Shown here: piece after piece, positions 7,985 to 15,788 of the stretch
Layout of the letters: each line of letters starts with the position of its first letter
Numbering within the stretch: the stretch's first letter is position 1
Virus record (IMG/VR): IMGVR_UViG_2706795039_000001
Coordinates: 32,001 to 96,000 of that record
Source: a virus
Taxonomy: Duplodnaviria; Caudoviricetes
Length of the DNA: 64,000 bases
Strand: one strand, 5' to 3'
Position numbers and translations under genes: made by a program
The notes under the pieces: generated by a model
The model's input: only the letters and a program-made list of their open reading frames with translations
Database searches by the model: none
Told to the model about the DNA's origin: nothing

Positions 7985-8185
7985 TTGAGGATTCACGTAC
8001 CTCAGTAAGGTGTACCCTCCAGCGGTACACTCAACGACTATTCTGACTTAGGCTCCGATAGCTCGGAGGGTGTTTCACTCTGTGGTCACTACTGATTGCA
8101 CTGAGTGGGAGTTCTTGCCACCGAGAATCGAACTCGGTTCTGCTGGGTGCAAGCCAACTGTTTTATCCACGTAAACTACAGCCCC
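7985..8185 (-). ncRNA. tRNA-Ala(TGC) body lacking its 3' acceptor end, fused to a ~130-nt structured extension
   Basis: GGGGCTG start, intact D/anticodon/T arms (8117-8185), then AAGAAC... instead of TCCACCA. Confidence 0.65.
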
Positions 8186-8188
8186 AAA

Positions 8189-8397
8189 AGTTATTTAGTT
8201 AAACTCACACTAGAAAGTGATCAGCTTTCGGCAAATACCTAGCTAGACATTAGCATTCCTCAATAGGTGATTGCAATCTTTGTGCTACCAGTAGCACAGA
8301 GTGAACCTTGGAGGCTTCCGGTTACATTATACACTCTTAGTAACCTGTCGCTACATTCTAGCGTCGATAGCACTGAATGTGAGTTTATTAAATAACT
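8189..8397 (-). ncRNA. putative ~210-nt multibranched RNA
   Basis: ~20-bp terminal helix plus internal hairpins CGCTA/TAGCG, GGTTAC/GTAACC, TGTGCTA/TAGCACA. Confidence 0.6.
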
Positions 8398-8503
8398 CTT
8401 TAGTCTAGAATCATGTGTACCAATAAGTTTGCATCTTATTGCGTACAAAAGCATATACACCAACCAAGTTGACAGCCTGGTTCTGGAAGCCATCCCAGAT
8501 TCT

Positions 8504-8616
8504 TTGCCTGAACGTTACTCTTTAATGCAGCGGGACTCGAACCCACAACCACCACGACAGAGGGAAGCTCTAACCAGTTGAGCGTTATGCATTTAGTAAC
8601 TAGTATATGTTGGCAA
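8504..8616 (-). ncRNA. tRNA-like element without CCA, on an extended stem
   Basis: D arm GCTC-AACTGGTTA-GAGC and T arm GTGGG-TTCGAGT-CCCGC intact; anticodon arm degenerate (GTC?); closed by ATGCA/TGCAT and GTTACT/AGTAAC. Confidence 0.6.
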
Positions 8617-8662
8617 CGTGTTATATGTCACTGGCCTACTCATGACTCTAGCTAAAGAGCTA

Positions 8663-8739
8663 TGGCGTCCTAGAGAGGATTTGAACCTCTGACCTCTCCC
8701 TTAGGAGGGGAGCGCTCTATCCTGCTGAGCTACTAGGAC
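8663..8739 (-). tRNA. tRNA-Arg(CCT)
   Basis: CTCCC-CTCCTAA-GGGAG arm, CCA. Confidence 0.93.
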
Positions 8740-8755
8740 TCTTTACTTGCTTACC

Positions 8756-9277
8756 CTATACAAGGGTAAGCAAAATTTCTTTTACTTCCTTTAGTGGAAG
8801 ATTAACCCACTCGTGAGTGAACCCGCTTATACTGTGGAACTGTTTCTCCAGCTCTTTGTAATTAGTGCATGGCATATACCACTCCAGCCTAAAATCCCTA
8901 AAAGGGGAGGAGGTCTGGTAAGTTATTAGACGGGTTTCTGCATCTTTGGCAGCCCCCACCTTAAACCACCCAGGGTACGCTGGATTTGATACTATATACA
9001 CATACCCAATATTAGAGTTTATTCCTAATCTATGACATAAGATGTTCATCGTCATAGTAGCAAATAGCCTCTGCCTACTTAACTGGGTATTAAAGTATTT
9101 TAGGCTCCTATCAACCTTACCATACTTTTTTGTACATGCCGCACGTGTCATGTGCATAGCATACCCAGATATAGCACGCTCTATAGTGCTAGGAAGTCCA
9201 TCAAATAAACCAGAGGCTCTTAACCACTGCAGCATGTGGGAGACTCTATCATCTCTATTATTAGATTTAGTCTTCAC
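8756..9277 (-). CDS. T5orf172/GIY-YIG-like nuclease, probable free-standing homing endonuclease
   Basis: GYVYIVSNPAYPGWFKVG...RL.TYQTSSP...E..FH...HEW. Confidence 0.8.
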   Translation of the reverse strand: MKTKSNNRDDRVSHMLQWLRASGLFDGLPSTIERAISGYAMHMTRAACTKKYGKVDRSLKYFNTQLSRQRLFATMTMNILCHRLGINSNIGYVYIVSNPAYPGWFKVGAAKDAETRLITYQTSSPFRDFRLEWYMPCTNYKELEKQFHSISGFTHEWVNLPLKEVKEILLTLV

Positions 9278-9366
9278 CTAATAGTATCCTAATATTATTT
9301 GGTTAGCTAGGCACCGTATACTAGCTAATTACCAATGTGTATTGTCGGGTCACATTGAACCAAATT

Positions 9367-9442
9367 TGGTAGCGGGTGTTGGAGTTGAACCAACCTACAA
9401 GGGGATATGAGCCCCTCAACAACACCGGTTGTCTTACCCGCA
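9367..9442 (-). tRNA. initiator tRNA-fMet(CAT)
   Basis: consecutive G-C pairs in anticodon stem (AGGGG/CCCCT), unpaired 1:72, CCA. Confidence 0.85.
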
Positions 9443-9448
9443 CAGAAC

Positions 9449-9604
9449 CTAATTGCGTAATTTAAAGCCATTCTCGTATAAATCTTTGGCTAGAGTTTTT
9501 ACTCTACGAAGCCCTAGGCCTGATTTTGTCGAAGCCAAGTTTACACTAGAACCGTATGCTAAAGCAAACGTTGCTGTTTTTAACATTTTTCCGCGTTTTT
9601 TCAT
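9449..9604 (-). CDS. 51-aa basic micro-protein resembling the PolA O-helix
   Basis: KTATFALAYGSS; ATG lies 6 nt after the -10 box of promoter 9611-9639 (leaderless). Confidence 0.55.
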   Translation of the reverse strand: MKKRGKMLKTATFALAYGSSVNLASTKSGLGLRRVKTLAKDLYENGFKLRN

Positions 9605-9610
9605 GTGATT

Positions 9611-9639
9611 ATTATCTCATTAATTAGCGTTATTAGCAA
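9611..9639 (-). promoter_or_regulatory. sigma70 promoter
   Basis: TTGCTA-N17-GATAAT. Confidence 0.7.
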
Positions 9640-9706
9640 GACTTTATTTTAAGTTTTTGTCTTAACCTATTGTTTCGTGGTTAGACGTTTTCTTTAATTT
9701 AGATGA

Positions 9707-9931
9707 TTATTTTACAACTTTTTTCATCTAAAGGCAAATCTTAATTTCTAAGAAGTGCCTATCCGGTGGATCGGGATACCGCGTGTTAATAAGCTGCTTA
9801 AGCTCACCCACTCTCATAGATAGGTCTTTGAGATAAACTGTTTGGTTGCAATTTATTTCAAAGAACTATTATCAATTTAGAATACTATTCTACAACTTTT
9901 TTCATCTAAGAGCAAGTCTTAATTTCTAAGA
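9707..9931 (-). repeat. two ~46-bp direct repeats, each a promoter
   Basis: TTGCCT-N17-TAAAAT (9709-9737) and TTGCTC-N17-TAGAAT (9887-9915) with identical spacers, 178 bp apart. Confidence 0.8.
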
Positions 9932-9955
9932 CTTGCTCGAAGCACCTACTTATTA

Positions 9956-10273
9956 CTACGCTGGGACAGCGTAGAACTTTAAGCCGTCTTCTGTGACGTC
10001 ATAATCATAGGAGATCTTGCCAGATTTAAGATCTTTGTACACACGCTTTACTGAGCCTTCTGGGTAAGCTAGCGTCTCAGTGGTTACTGACATTCGCTTA
10101 TCTAGGCTGTTGCGAACTCGCTTAGTAGAGATTGGAGCGTTGTGAGAGCCGAACGTTTTCGGCTCTAGTTTAGGCAACAGATTACCCTTTTGAGATTCAA
10201 CAATCGCTACAGCGATAAAACGCAAGGTCTTAGCTTGTTTTCCATTCATCCTGGAGTCTCCATTACAAGCCAA
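9956..10273 (-). CDS. hypothetical protein
   Basis: likely start MNGKQAKTLR. Confidence 0.6.
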   Translation of the reverse strand: MACNGDSRMNGKQAKTLRFIAVAIVESQKGNLLPKLEPKTFGSHNAPISTKRVRNSLDKRMSVTTETLAYPEGSVKRVYKDLKSGKISYDYDVTEDGLKFYAVPA

Positions 10274-10445
10274 ATACGGAAGCAGTATATTCTACTGCTC
10301 GCGGATGTTTTGAAACGTAACCGTCCGTCGCCTTAGACAGTAAGCCTAGCACTTTGGTTAAGCCAGCACGACGAGCTTCTAGTAAGGTGAAGCCAAAGCT
10401 ACCTTCGATCTTGCGAGTACGTGCAGATAGTTTCTTGCCAGTCAT
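10263..10445 (-). CDS. hypothetical protein
   Basis: co-oriented 60-aa ORF. Confidence 0.5.
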   Translation of the reverse strand: MTGKKLSARTRKIEGSFGFTLLEARRAGLTKVLGLLSKATDGYVSKHPRAVEYTASVFGL

Positions 10446-10517
10446 GTCTTTCTTTTTTCATTCTCTATTTCCTTTGGTTTTCTCAGTTTAGGAATATATT
10501 ATAAATCGTTTTTAGCT

Positions 10518-11039
10518 TTAGAGCAAATCAATTATTTTCAAATCAACCCCTTTACCACAGTAAAGAGAACGCTTAGAGGCAATCTCTACAGCTTTAGTAG
10601 CTACTTCTTCAACAGATAGGTTCTTGTCGGAGTATAGTACTTCCAATGCTCCAGTAGCAATATCATTGCCACAACCTTCAGCTATGAATGTCTCAGAACT
10701 AATAAAACACTGTACAGAGCTAATACTGTAAATCTTTGAGCCTACTCCAATGACTAGGAGGGCTACAGTACCTTTACACTCTTTTTCTTTTAGAAGCTTG
10801 CGAATTGCTTCACAAATATCGGCAATATAAGAGTCGTCGGTATGGTCTTCGTGACGTGGAGGTAGCTCCAGAAAATGTTGGATAACCTGCCCTTCACGCA
10901 GTCCACCTGTAAACGCCATGTGGATTTTTCTTTTTGAGGCCATCTTGTCTACTGAAAAAGACCAGTGCCAACAGGACGCCATTTTATCGGCAGCTAGCAC
11001 TGCCTTGTTATCGCGGATTACTCCGACCAATACTGTCAT
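10518..11039 (-). CDS. HslV/proteasome-beta-like Ntn hydrolase
   Basis: M-T1 start, AAD17, DK, AFTG, GCG (GSG-like) motifs. Confidence 0.75.
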   Translation of the reverse strand: MTVLVGVIRDNKAVLAADKMASCWHWSFSVDKMASKRKIHMAFTGGLREGQVIQHFLELPPRHEDHTDDSYIADICEAIRKLLKEKECKGTVALLVIGVGSKIYSISSVQCFISSETFIAEGCGNDIATGALEVLYSDKNLSVEEVATKAVEIASKRSLYCGKGVDLKIIDLL

Positions 11040-11728
11040 TGTTTGTTCTCCAGACCACCACAAATCAGGTTATAGATCGTTACTAGGTAACGAATTTCGT
11101 GCTTACAATCGTCTAGACCGTAATGTTCGATGCCACGGAAGTCAGACCAGAACGCTTGTTTGACTGAAGGTGCAAGCCCACAGTAAGTCCTGGCGTCTCG
11201 TTCTGCGCTGTAATTCCAAATATCATTACCGTGAACAGAGCGAATTAGGGAATGAAGCTTGCCTAGGTCAAAAGTAATACCGTTGCCCCATACTAGTGGT
11301 TGTGGATTACGTTTTTCCAAGTCTTCTGCTGCCCAAGCTTGGCTGGTAGTTTTCAGGAAGTCAGCTAGCTGAATCACGAAGCCGCCTACTGGTAAGGGCA
11401 TCGGTAAACCGTTTCGCTTACAATACTCACTAGAGGCGTGTGCTACTTTCTCCCTTGCTTCCTCGCTTTGCATTAACCAAAATGCAATAGTTCCACCACT
11501 AACTACTCTACCGAGTTGTACCTGACAATCAATATCTAGGTGCCAGGTCTTTTCAGCTACGATCTCTCCAGATAGTAGGTTAAACCCTACGGCAGACACC
11601 TCTGTCACAATGGAGTTTGCTTCCGTAGCAAGAGTTTCTAGGTCGAATACCCAGTTTAGGTGTAAATGGTCTGTTGGGCTTAAGTAGAGCTTGGTTTTAT
11701 CTACGTTACCCAAAATATTTTCTAACAT
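11036..11728 (-). CDS. DEDDh 3'-5' exonuclease (DexA/RNase T-like)
   Basis: FDLETL, WGNGITFD, ERDART, HYGLDD. Confidence 0.85.
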   Translation of the reverse strand: MLENILGNVDKTKLYLSPTDHLHLNWVFDLETLATEANSIVTEVSAVGFNLLSGEIVAEKTWHLDIDCQVQLGRVVSGGTIAFWLMQSEEAREKVAHASSEYCKRNGLPMPLPVGGFVIQLADFLKTTSQAWAAEDLEKRNPQPLVWGNGITFDLGKLHSLIRSVHGNDIWNYSAERDARTYCGLAPSVKQAFWSDFRGIEHYGLDDCKHEIRYLVTIYNLICGGLENKQ

Positions 11729-11958
11729 ACTCTCTCCTGTACAAATAAATCTATACCTTGTACACAGGGCATAGATTTATCCTCTCTTTTTTGAGAGGAT
11801 ACAGGTAGTACATCCTCAAAACCCCAATCTTCCTCGTCGAACTCAGGCTCGTATAATTCGTCGGCCAATTTTGAGGAAGCCCGGTGATACTTAGTCTTGT
11901 CTCTGTGCACATTAGCCCTGTTGAATTTGGCTGCGTGCTTTGCTACGAAATTTCTCAT
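11722..11958 (-). CDS. hypothetical phage protein
   Basis: N-terminal NFVAKHAAKFNRANVHRDKTKY motif, recalled from other lytic phages. Confidence 0.65.
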   Translation of the reverse strand: MRNFVAKHAAKFNRANVHRDKTKYHRASSKLADELYEPEFDEEDWGFEDVLPVSSQKREDKSMPCVQGIDLFVQERVC

Positions 11959-12094
11959 TGTTGTACCTCACAAATAAGTTGGCAGCACGGTACCGTGCTA
12001 AGGCTAGCCTATTAAGTTTATTTGACTTTTTCGGCTGCCCTTCGATTATAATCCTACAGGGTGGTGGCACTGGCACTAGCAGCGTATCATACAT
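11912..12094 (-). CDS. hypothetical protein
   Basis: AAGGA SD, 60 aa. Confidence 0.45.
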   Translation of the reverse strand: MYDTLLVPVPPPCRIIIEGQPKKSNKLNRLALARYRAANLFVRYNNEKFRSKARSQIQQG

Positions 12095-12139
12095 AACTGT
12101 TTCCTTGGGGCACTATTCTTAGTAGTGCCCCCAGTAACA

Positions 12140-12424
12140 CTATTGATCAGCTTTCTCGCTAGCTTTAAAGGCTGGCGCACCTAGGATGTGACCAGCTTCG
12201 TCGCGGTACATCTTATGGCGGTTTTTAGGCGCGTGAGCACCTTTTTTAAGCGGCGCTTTACGAACACCTAGTGGCTTGCCCACTTTAGAAGCTGATTGCA
12301 GGTCTTCTGGATGTGCTTTAACGTGACGAGCCAGACGACGTGCTTTGTTTTTTGCTGTGCGTGATACGGCCTCTGCCTTACGTGATGCTTTCGGGTCTTG
12401 CTTAGTTGCTTGTACTTTTGACAT
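12140..12424 (-). CDS. highly basic small protein
   Basis: K/R/A-rich, followed by hairpin 12106-12133. Confidence 0.7.
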   Translation of the reverse strand: MSKVQATKQDPKASRKAEAVSRTAKNKARRLARHVKAHPEDLQSASKVGKPLGVRKAPLKKGAHAPKNRHKMYRDEAGHILGAPAFKASEKADQ

Positions 12425-12629
12425 TTTTCAGATACTCTCTTTTTAGTTTATCGACTTGTTCTTTAGCTTGTTCGTCTAGGTTTTCTGGATGGTAGTACCC
12501 TGTCCAGTTATCAACACCTTCGTTCTCAAGGTGTTGAAGTAATAAAGAATCGTGGACAAGGCTATACAGATCATCTAGACGAATCATTGTCCATACAGCT
12601 TTTTTGCTCATTACGCTACAGTGATCCAC
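12402..12629 (-). CDS. hypothetical protein
   Basis: LENEGVDNWTGY motif; likely start MSKK. Confidence 0.65.
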   Translation of the reverse strand: MDHCSVMSKKAVWTMIRLDDLYSLVHDSLLLQHLENEGVDNWTGYYHPENLDEQAKEQVDKLKREYLKNVKSTSN

Positions 12630-12916
12630 TGTGCAGGCAGGAGCTTAGTGCCTTCCTTGGTTTTGATTTCCAGCTCAGGTTTGAGCAAGCGGATCTCAAA
12701 CACATCGCCTTCTTTGGAACGCACACGACCATCTTCGTATACCGCTTCGATGGTGGTTTTTGGCTCAAACCCCTTAGCAGAGGTTGAGAATACTGGCTTA
12801 CCTGCTCGGTTTAACCCGCGCAACACTTTGCCGATCAATAGTACGTCGCCTGCTACTGGTTTTGAAACTACGGTGTTCTTGTTCATAGCGTTTTCCTTCT
12901 GTTGTTCGCTTTTCAA
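12611..12916 (-). CDS. hypothetical protein
   Basis: likely start MNKN after AGAAGGA; promoter 12929-12957. Confidence 0.7.
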   Translation of the reverse strand: MKSEQQKENAMNKNTVVSKPVAGDVLLIGKVLRGLNRAGKPVFSTSAKGFEPKTTIEAVYEDGRVRSKEGDVFEIRLLKPELEIKTKEGTKLLPAQWITVA

Positions 12917-12928
12917 ATTTATGAAACT

Positions 12929-12957
12929 ATTATAAATGAATTGTACTCTTTTGGCAA
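12929..12957 (-). promoter_or_regulatory. PN25-like promoter
   Basis: TTGCCA-N17-TATAAT then ATAAATTTGA. Confidence 0.8.
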
Positions 12958-12979
12958 AAACTTAATTTAAAATTTTAAG

Positions 12980-13285
12980 CTATTGCTTGGTTTTGAAAGT
13001 TAGGGTAATATCTAAGGCCAGAAGCTGGGTTACGTACTCTTCACCTGGTACTTGGCGGTAAAAATACGCCACGGACTTTTCGTAGTTAATCTCTAAGTCT
13101 AGCACGTAGGTATCCCACAGACGGTCTACCTCTGTCAACATCTTAGCTACTGCATCTGTTGGTTGCACGTTATAGAAATAGAACGCAGCTGTATCAAGCT
13201 GATCCCAACCTAGACCTTCTTCTGGGATTTTTATCAAACACGATTTAATCATTGTCTTGTTCCTCTCGAACAATTTATAAAACAA
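12980..13285 (-). CDS. hypothetical protein
   Basis: likely start MIKS after GAGG. Confidence 0.6.
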   Translation of the reverse strand: MFYKLFERNKTMIKSCLIKIPEEGLGWDQLDTAAFYFYNVQPTDAVAKMLTEVDRLWDTYVLDLEINYEKSVAYFYRQVPGEEYVTQLLALDITLTFKTKQ

Positions 13286-13333
13286 TTATAAACTTCAAAC
13301 ACCGTTTTAACAAGCATTTTATTTATTAAAACG

Positions 13334-13810
13334 CTACACCATCACCTTGTTCTGCAACTCCCAAGCATCCATTTCACAGTTACACAGGTTATCCGCCATT
13401 TCGTTACCTTCTAGTCCTGAATGCCCCTTTACTTTTACTATTTGAATAGTAATACCTTTTGCTATAAGGTCTTTATTGGTAAAATAAAGATCCTGCCATA
13501 GCTTCAGGTTTTTGATTGTGCCGTTCGTTGAGTTACGCCAGAGATTTTTAGCCCACTTATGCATCCAGTCATTGAAGCCTTTGCATACGTAAGCTGAATC
13601 AGTGTGAATAGACACAGATTTTCCTAGACGCAGTGCCCATTTAGCTGCTTCTACTGCGGCTGTCAATTCCATTTCGTTGTTGGTAGTAACCTCGGAGAAC
13701 CCTACCTTCTTGCCTTTATACATATGGCCTTCGTAAACTACCATAGCCCACGCACCAATCCCTGGGTTGCCTCGACAGGCTCCGTCAGTCCATACTGAGA
13801 TGTTACTCAT
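13334..13810 (-). CDS. rnhA: ribonuclease HI
   Basis: WTDGACRGNPG, TTNNEMEL, HTDS, KVKGHSGLEGNEMAD. Confidence 0.95.
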   Translation of the reverse strand: MSNISVWTDGACRGNPGIGAWAMVVYEGHMYKGKKVGFSEVTTNNEMELTAAVEAAKWALRLGKSVSIHTDSAYVCKGFNDWMHKWAKNLWRNSTNGTIKNLKLWQDLYFTNKDLIAKGITIQIVKVKGHSGLEGNEMADNLCNCEMDAWELQNKVMV

Positions 13811-14018
13811 TGTTGTTACCTCTGGCATCTTTGGCAGTATTGAGCATTGTCAGTGGGTTAAGTACTATGTTGTCGAATTTTACAACATAGCCTATACCCA
13901 GGCTATCACAAAGTTGGATAATCTCTTTTATCTGCTCGTCTTTCAGGGTTGCAGTATGGATTAGCCTAGTAATGTGTGGCTCTGCCCAGATTCTATTTTT
14001 GAGCGCTTCGATATTCAT
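13803..14018 (-). CDS. hypothetical protein
   Basis: packed between NADAR and rnhA. Confidence 0.55.
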   Translation of the reverse strand: MNIEALKNRIWAEPHITRLIHTATLKDEQIKEIIQLCDSLGIGYVVKFDNIVLNPLTMLNTAKDARGNNNE

Positions 14019-14433
14019 CTCTTAACCTCATTAAGATCTTGCCTAGATTGTTTTGACCCTCTAAGGTTTCGTAGTCTACTCCCCAGAAACGATCCTTCCA
14101 CCAATTACCTTCTAGCAACTCTGCATCGCCTGTTTCTAGCAGTTTTGCTTTTAAGATAGGATGTTGGTCAAATTTGGCTTTGACAGCTATGTACATGTAG
14201 TTAAGCCTTTCTTTGAAGAAGTTAGGGCATCTTACTGGTGCTGTCTTCCAGTAAGATTTAGCTTGCTTAGGCTCTATTTTCGCTAACATCCGAACTTCTG
14301 CGTCAATATTTGACTTGAACGATTGATACAGGTTCTCAGAGCTTGCATACACTATGCCATTATACTCAACAGGTACTAGGTACATGTTAGATAGGAAACT
14401 GTATTTTCCTCTAAAGGAAGTTATTTGTTCCAT
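13993..14433 (-). CDS. NADAR (YbiA-like) N-glycosidase
   Basis: FLSNMY, SSENLYQ, AKFDQHP, LLETGDAELLEGNWWKDRFWG, GQNNLGKILMRLR. Confidence 0.9.
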   Translation of the reverse strand: MEQITSFRGKYSFLSNMYLVPVEYNGIVYASSENLYQSFKSNIDAEVRMLAKIEPKQAKSYWKTAPVRCPNFFKERLNYMYIAVKAKFDQHPILKAKLLETGDAELLEGNWWKDRFWGVDYETLEGQNNLGKILMRLRDEYRSAQK

Positions 14434-14489
14434 AGTCGTCTCCTTTGATTTTTAATATTATACGATAGTTTTAGCATAATATCAATTAA

Positions 14490-14520
14490 TAAAAAAGAAA
14501 AGGAGGCCGTAGCCTCCTTA
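14490..14520 (-). terminator. intrinsic terminator after phoH
   Basis: AAGGAGGC-TACG-GCCTCCTT plus T-tract. Confidence 0.75.
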
Positions 14521-14522
14521 TT

Positions 14523-15176
14523 TTACTTTTGACGTTTAGCAGTATAGTCTTCCCAAGCTTCAAAGCACTCTAACCAGTGCTTACACTCTTCAGACCTTAC
14601 ACAGTCGTCTAGTGTTAATTCTATAATGTTACACCTAACATCCATTGTCCTGACCATTCGTACTAGCTCATATAAACCTGAGTTCTTGAACTTTTCTGAT
14701 GTCTGCCTAATGTCTCCACAAAGTACAGTTTTGCTGTATACACCTTGTCTACCTAGGAATATTTTCAATTGTTCAAACGAGGCGTTTTGGCACTCGTCTA
14801 GGATAATCATTGAATGGTCAAATGTTAGACCTTGAATATGTTCAAATGGGAGGAATTCTATTACCTTCTTCCTGACTAGGTCTTCGTATTGGGCGAAGCT
14901 CATAAACTGAAGGAATAAATCCCTGACTGGTCGAATCCAAGGTTCTAGCTTTTCCTGATCGGTACCAGGAAGAAAGCCAAGCGTCTCAGCAAAAGGTACG
15001 TTTGGTCTGGATACAACGATTCTACGAATCTTTCTATTCTCCAATCTCTTCACTGCTTCTTTTACTGCCCCATATGTTTTACCAGTACCTTGACTACCAA
15101 TACATACTACTGGCATCTGGTTCTCTAGCATTACTCTATAGGTTGCGTGGTTTTCTGTGGTTTTTGGTGCTGACAT
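14523..15176 (-). CDS. phoH: PhoH-like ATPase
   Basis: GSQGTGKT, LGFLPG, GLTF, ILDECQN, GDIRQT. Confidence 0.93.
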   Translation of the reverse strand: MSAPKTTENHATYRVMLENQMPVVCIGSQGTGKTYGAVKEAVKRLENRKIRRIVVSRPNVPFAETLGFLPGTDQEKLEPWIRPVRDLFLQFMSFAQYEDLVRKKVIEFLPFEHIQGLTFDHSMIILDECQNASFEQLKIFLGRQGVYSKTVLCGDIRQTSEKFKNSGLYELVRMVRTMDVRCNIIELTLDDCVRSEECKHWLECFEAWEDYTAKRQK

Positions 15177-15194
15177 ATGTTAAGCCTCCAAGAC

Positions 15195-15671
15195 TTAATG
15201 CTGCTTCTCAAGATAGATTATCCGCTGATTAGAGCTGCCCCTGAATGCTAGTGAAGGGTCTCTTAGCGACTCCTCATACCTACCATCCACAAGCACGTCA
15301 ACATAATCTAATATCTCTCTGAAGTTACTGTCTAATACCTCTTCAAAGGTGTATCCGGTGTATAGCCAAATATCCTTTGTAGGGCACTCTGATTTTATAC
15401 GCTTACACAAGCGTAAAACCGATGCAAAATTCCTTTTATGGAGTGGGTCTCCTCCACTAAGGGTTATACCTTTCCTAGGTACTTTAGTATCCAGGAGGTC
15501 GGAGATTATCTTATCTTCTAGCTCTTTGGTAAATGGAAACCCTGAAGAAGGGTTCCAGGAGCTTTGGTTGTAACACCCCTTACATCCATGAGAGCAACCT
15601 GATACGAATAATACGCACCTAGTGCCCTTGCCATTTACTACATCAATTGGCAGATATTTGAGATAATTCAT
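15195..15671 (-). CDS. nrdG: anaerobic RNR activating radical-SAM protein
   Basis: DVVNGKGTR, CSHGCKGCYN, SGGDPL, FRGSSNQ. Confidence 0.96.
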   Translation of the reverse strand: MNYLKYLPIDVVNGKGTRCVLFVSGCSHGCKGCYNQSSWNPSSGFPFTKELEDKIISDLLDTKVPRKGITLSGGDPLHKRNFASVLRLCKRIKSECPTKDIWLYTGYTFEEVLDSNFREILDYVDVLVDGRYEESLRDPSLAFRGSSNQRIIYLEKQH

Positions 15672-15788
15672 TTGCCGTTCTTTTTTAAGAATGCTCTAGA
15701 GACTCTAGCGTTGTGTTTCCTTCTTGCCCGTTCATCCTTGGATAGGAGGTGGTACCGAAGTACCTCCTCTCTAGTTATGTAGAACACC

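Noticed and set aside
7985-8185. tmRNA (GGGGCTG start)
   Set aside because: It has a full anticodon arm with the T arm directly after, and no tag ORF or distal CCA end
8260-8493. 77-aa ORF in tRNA cluster
   Set aside because: Runs through a strongly paired RNA element with no recognisable protein features; not fully excluded
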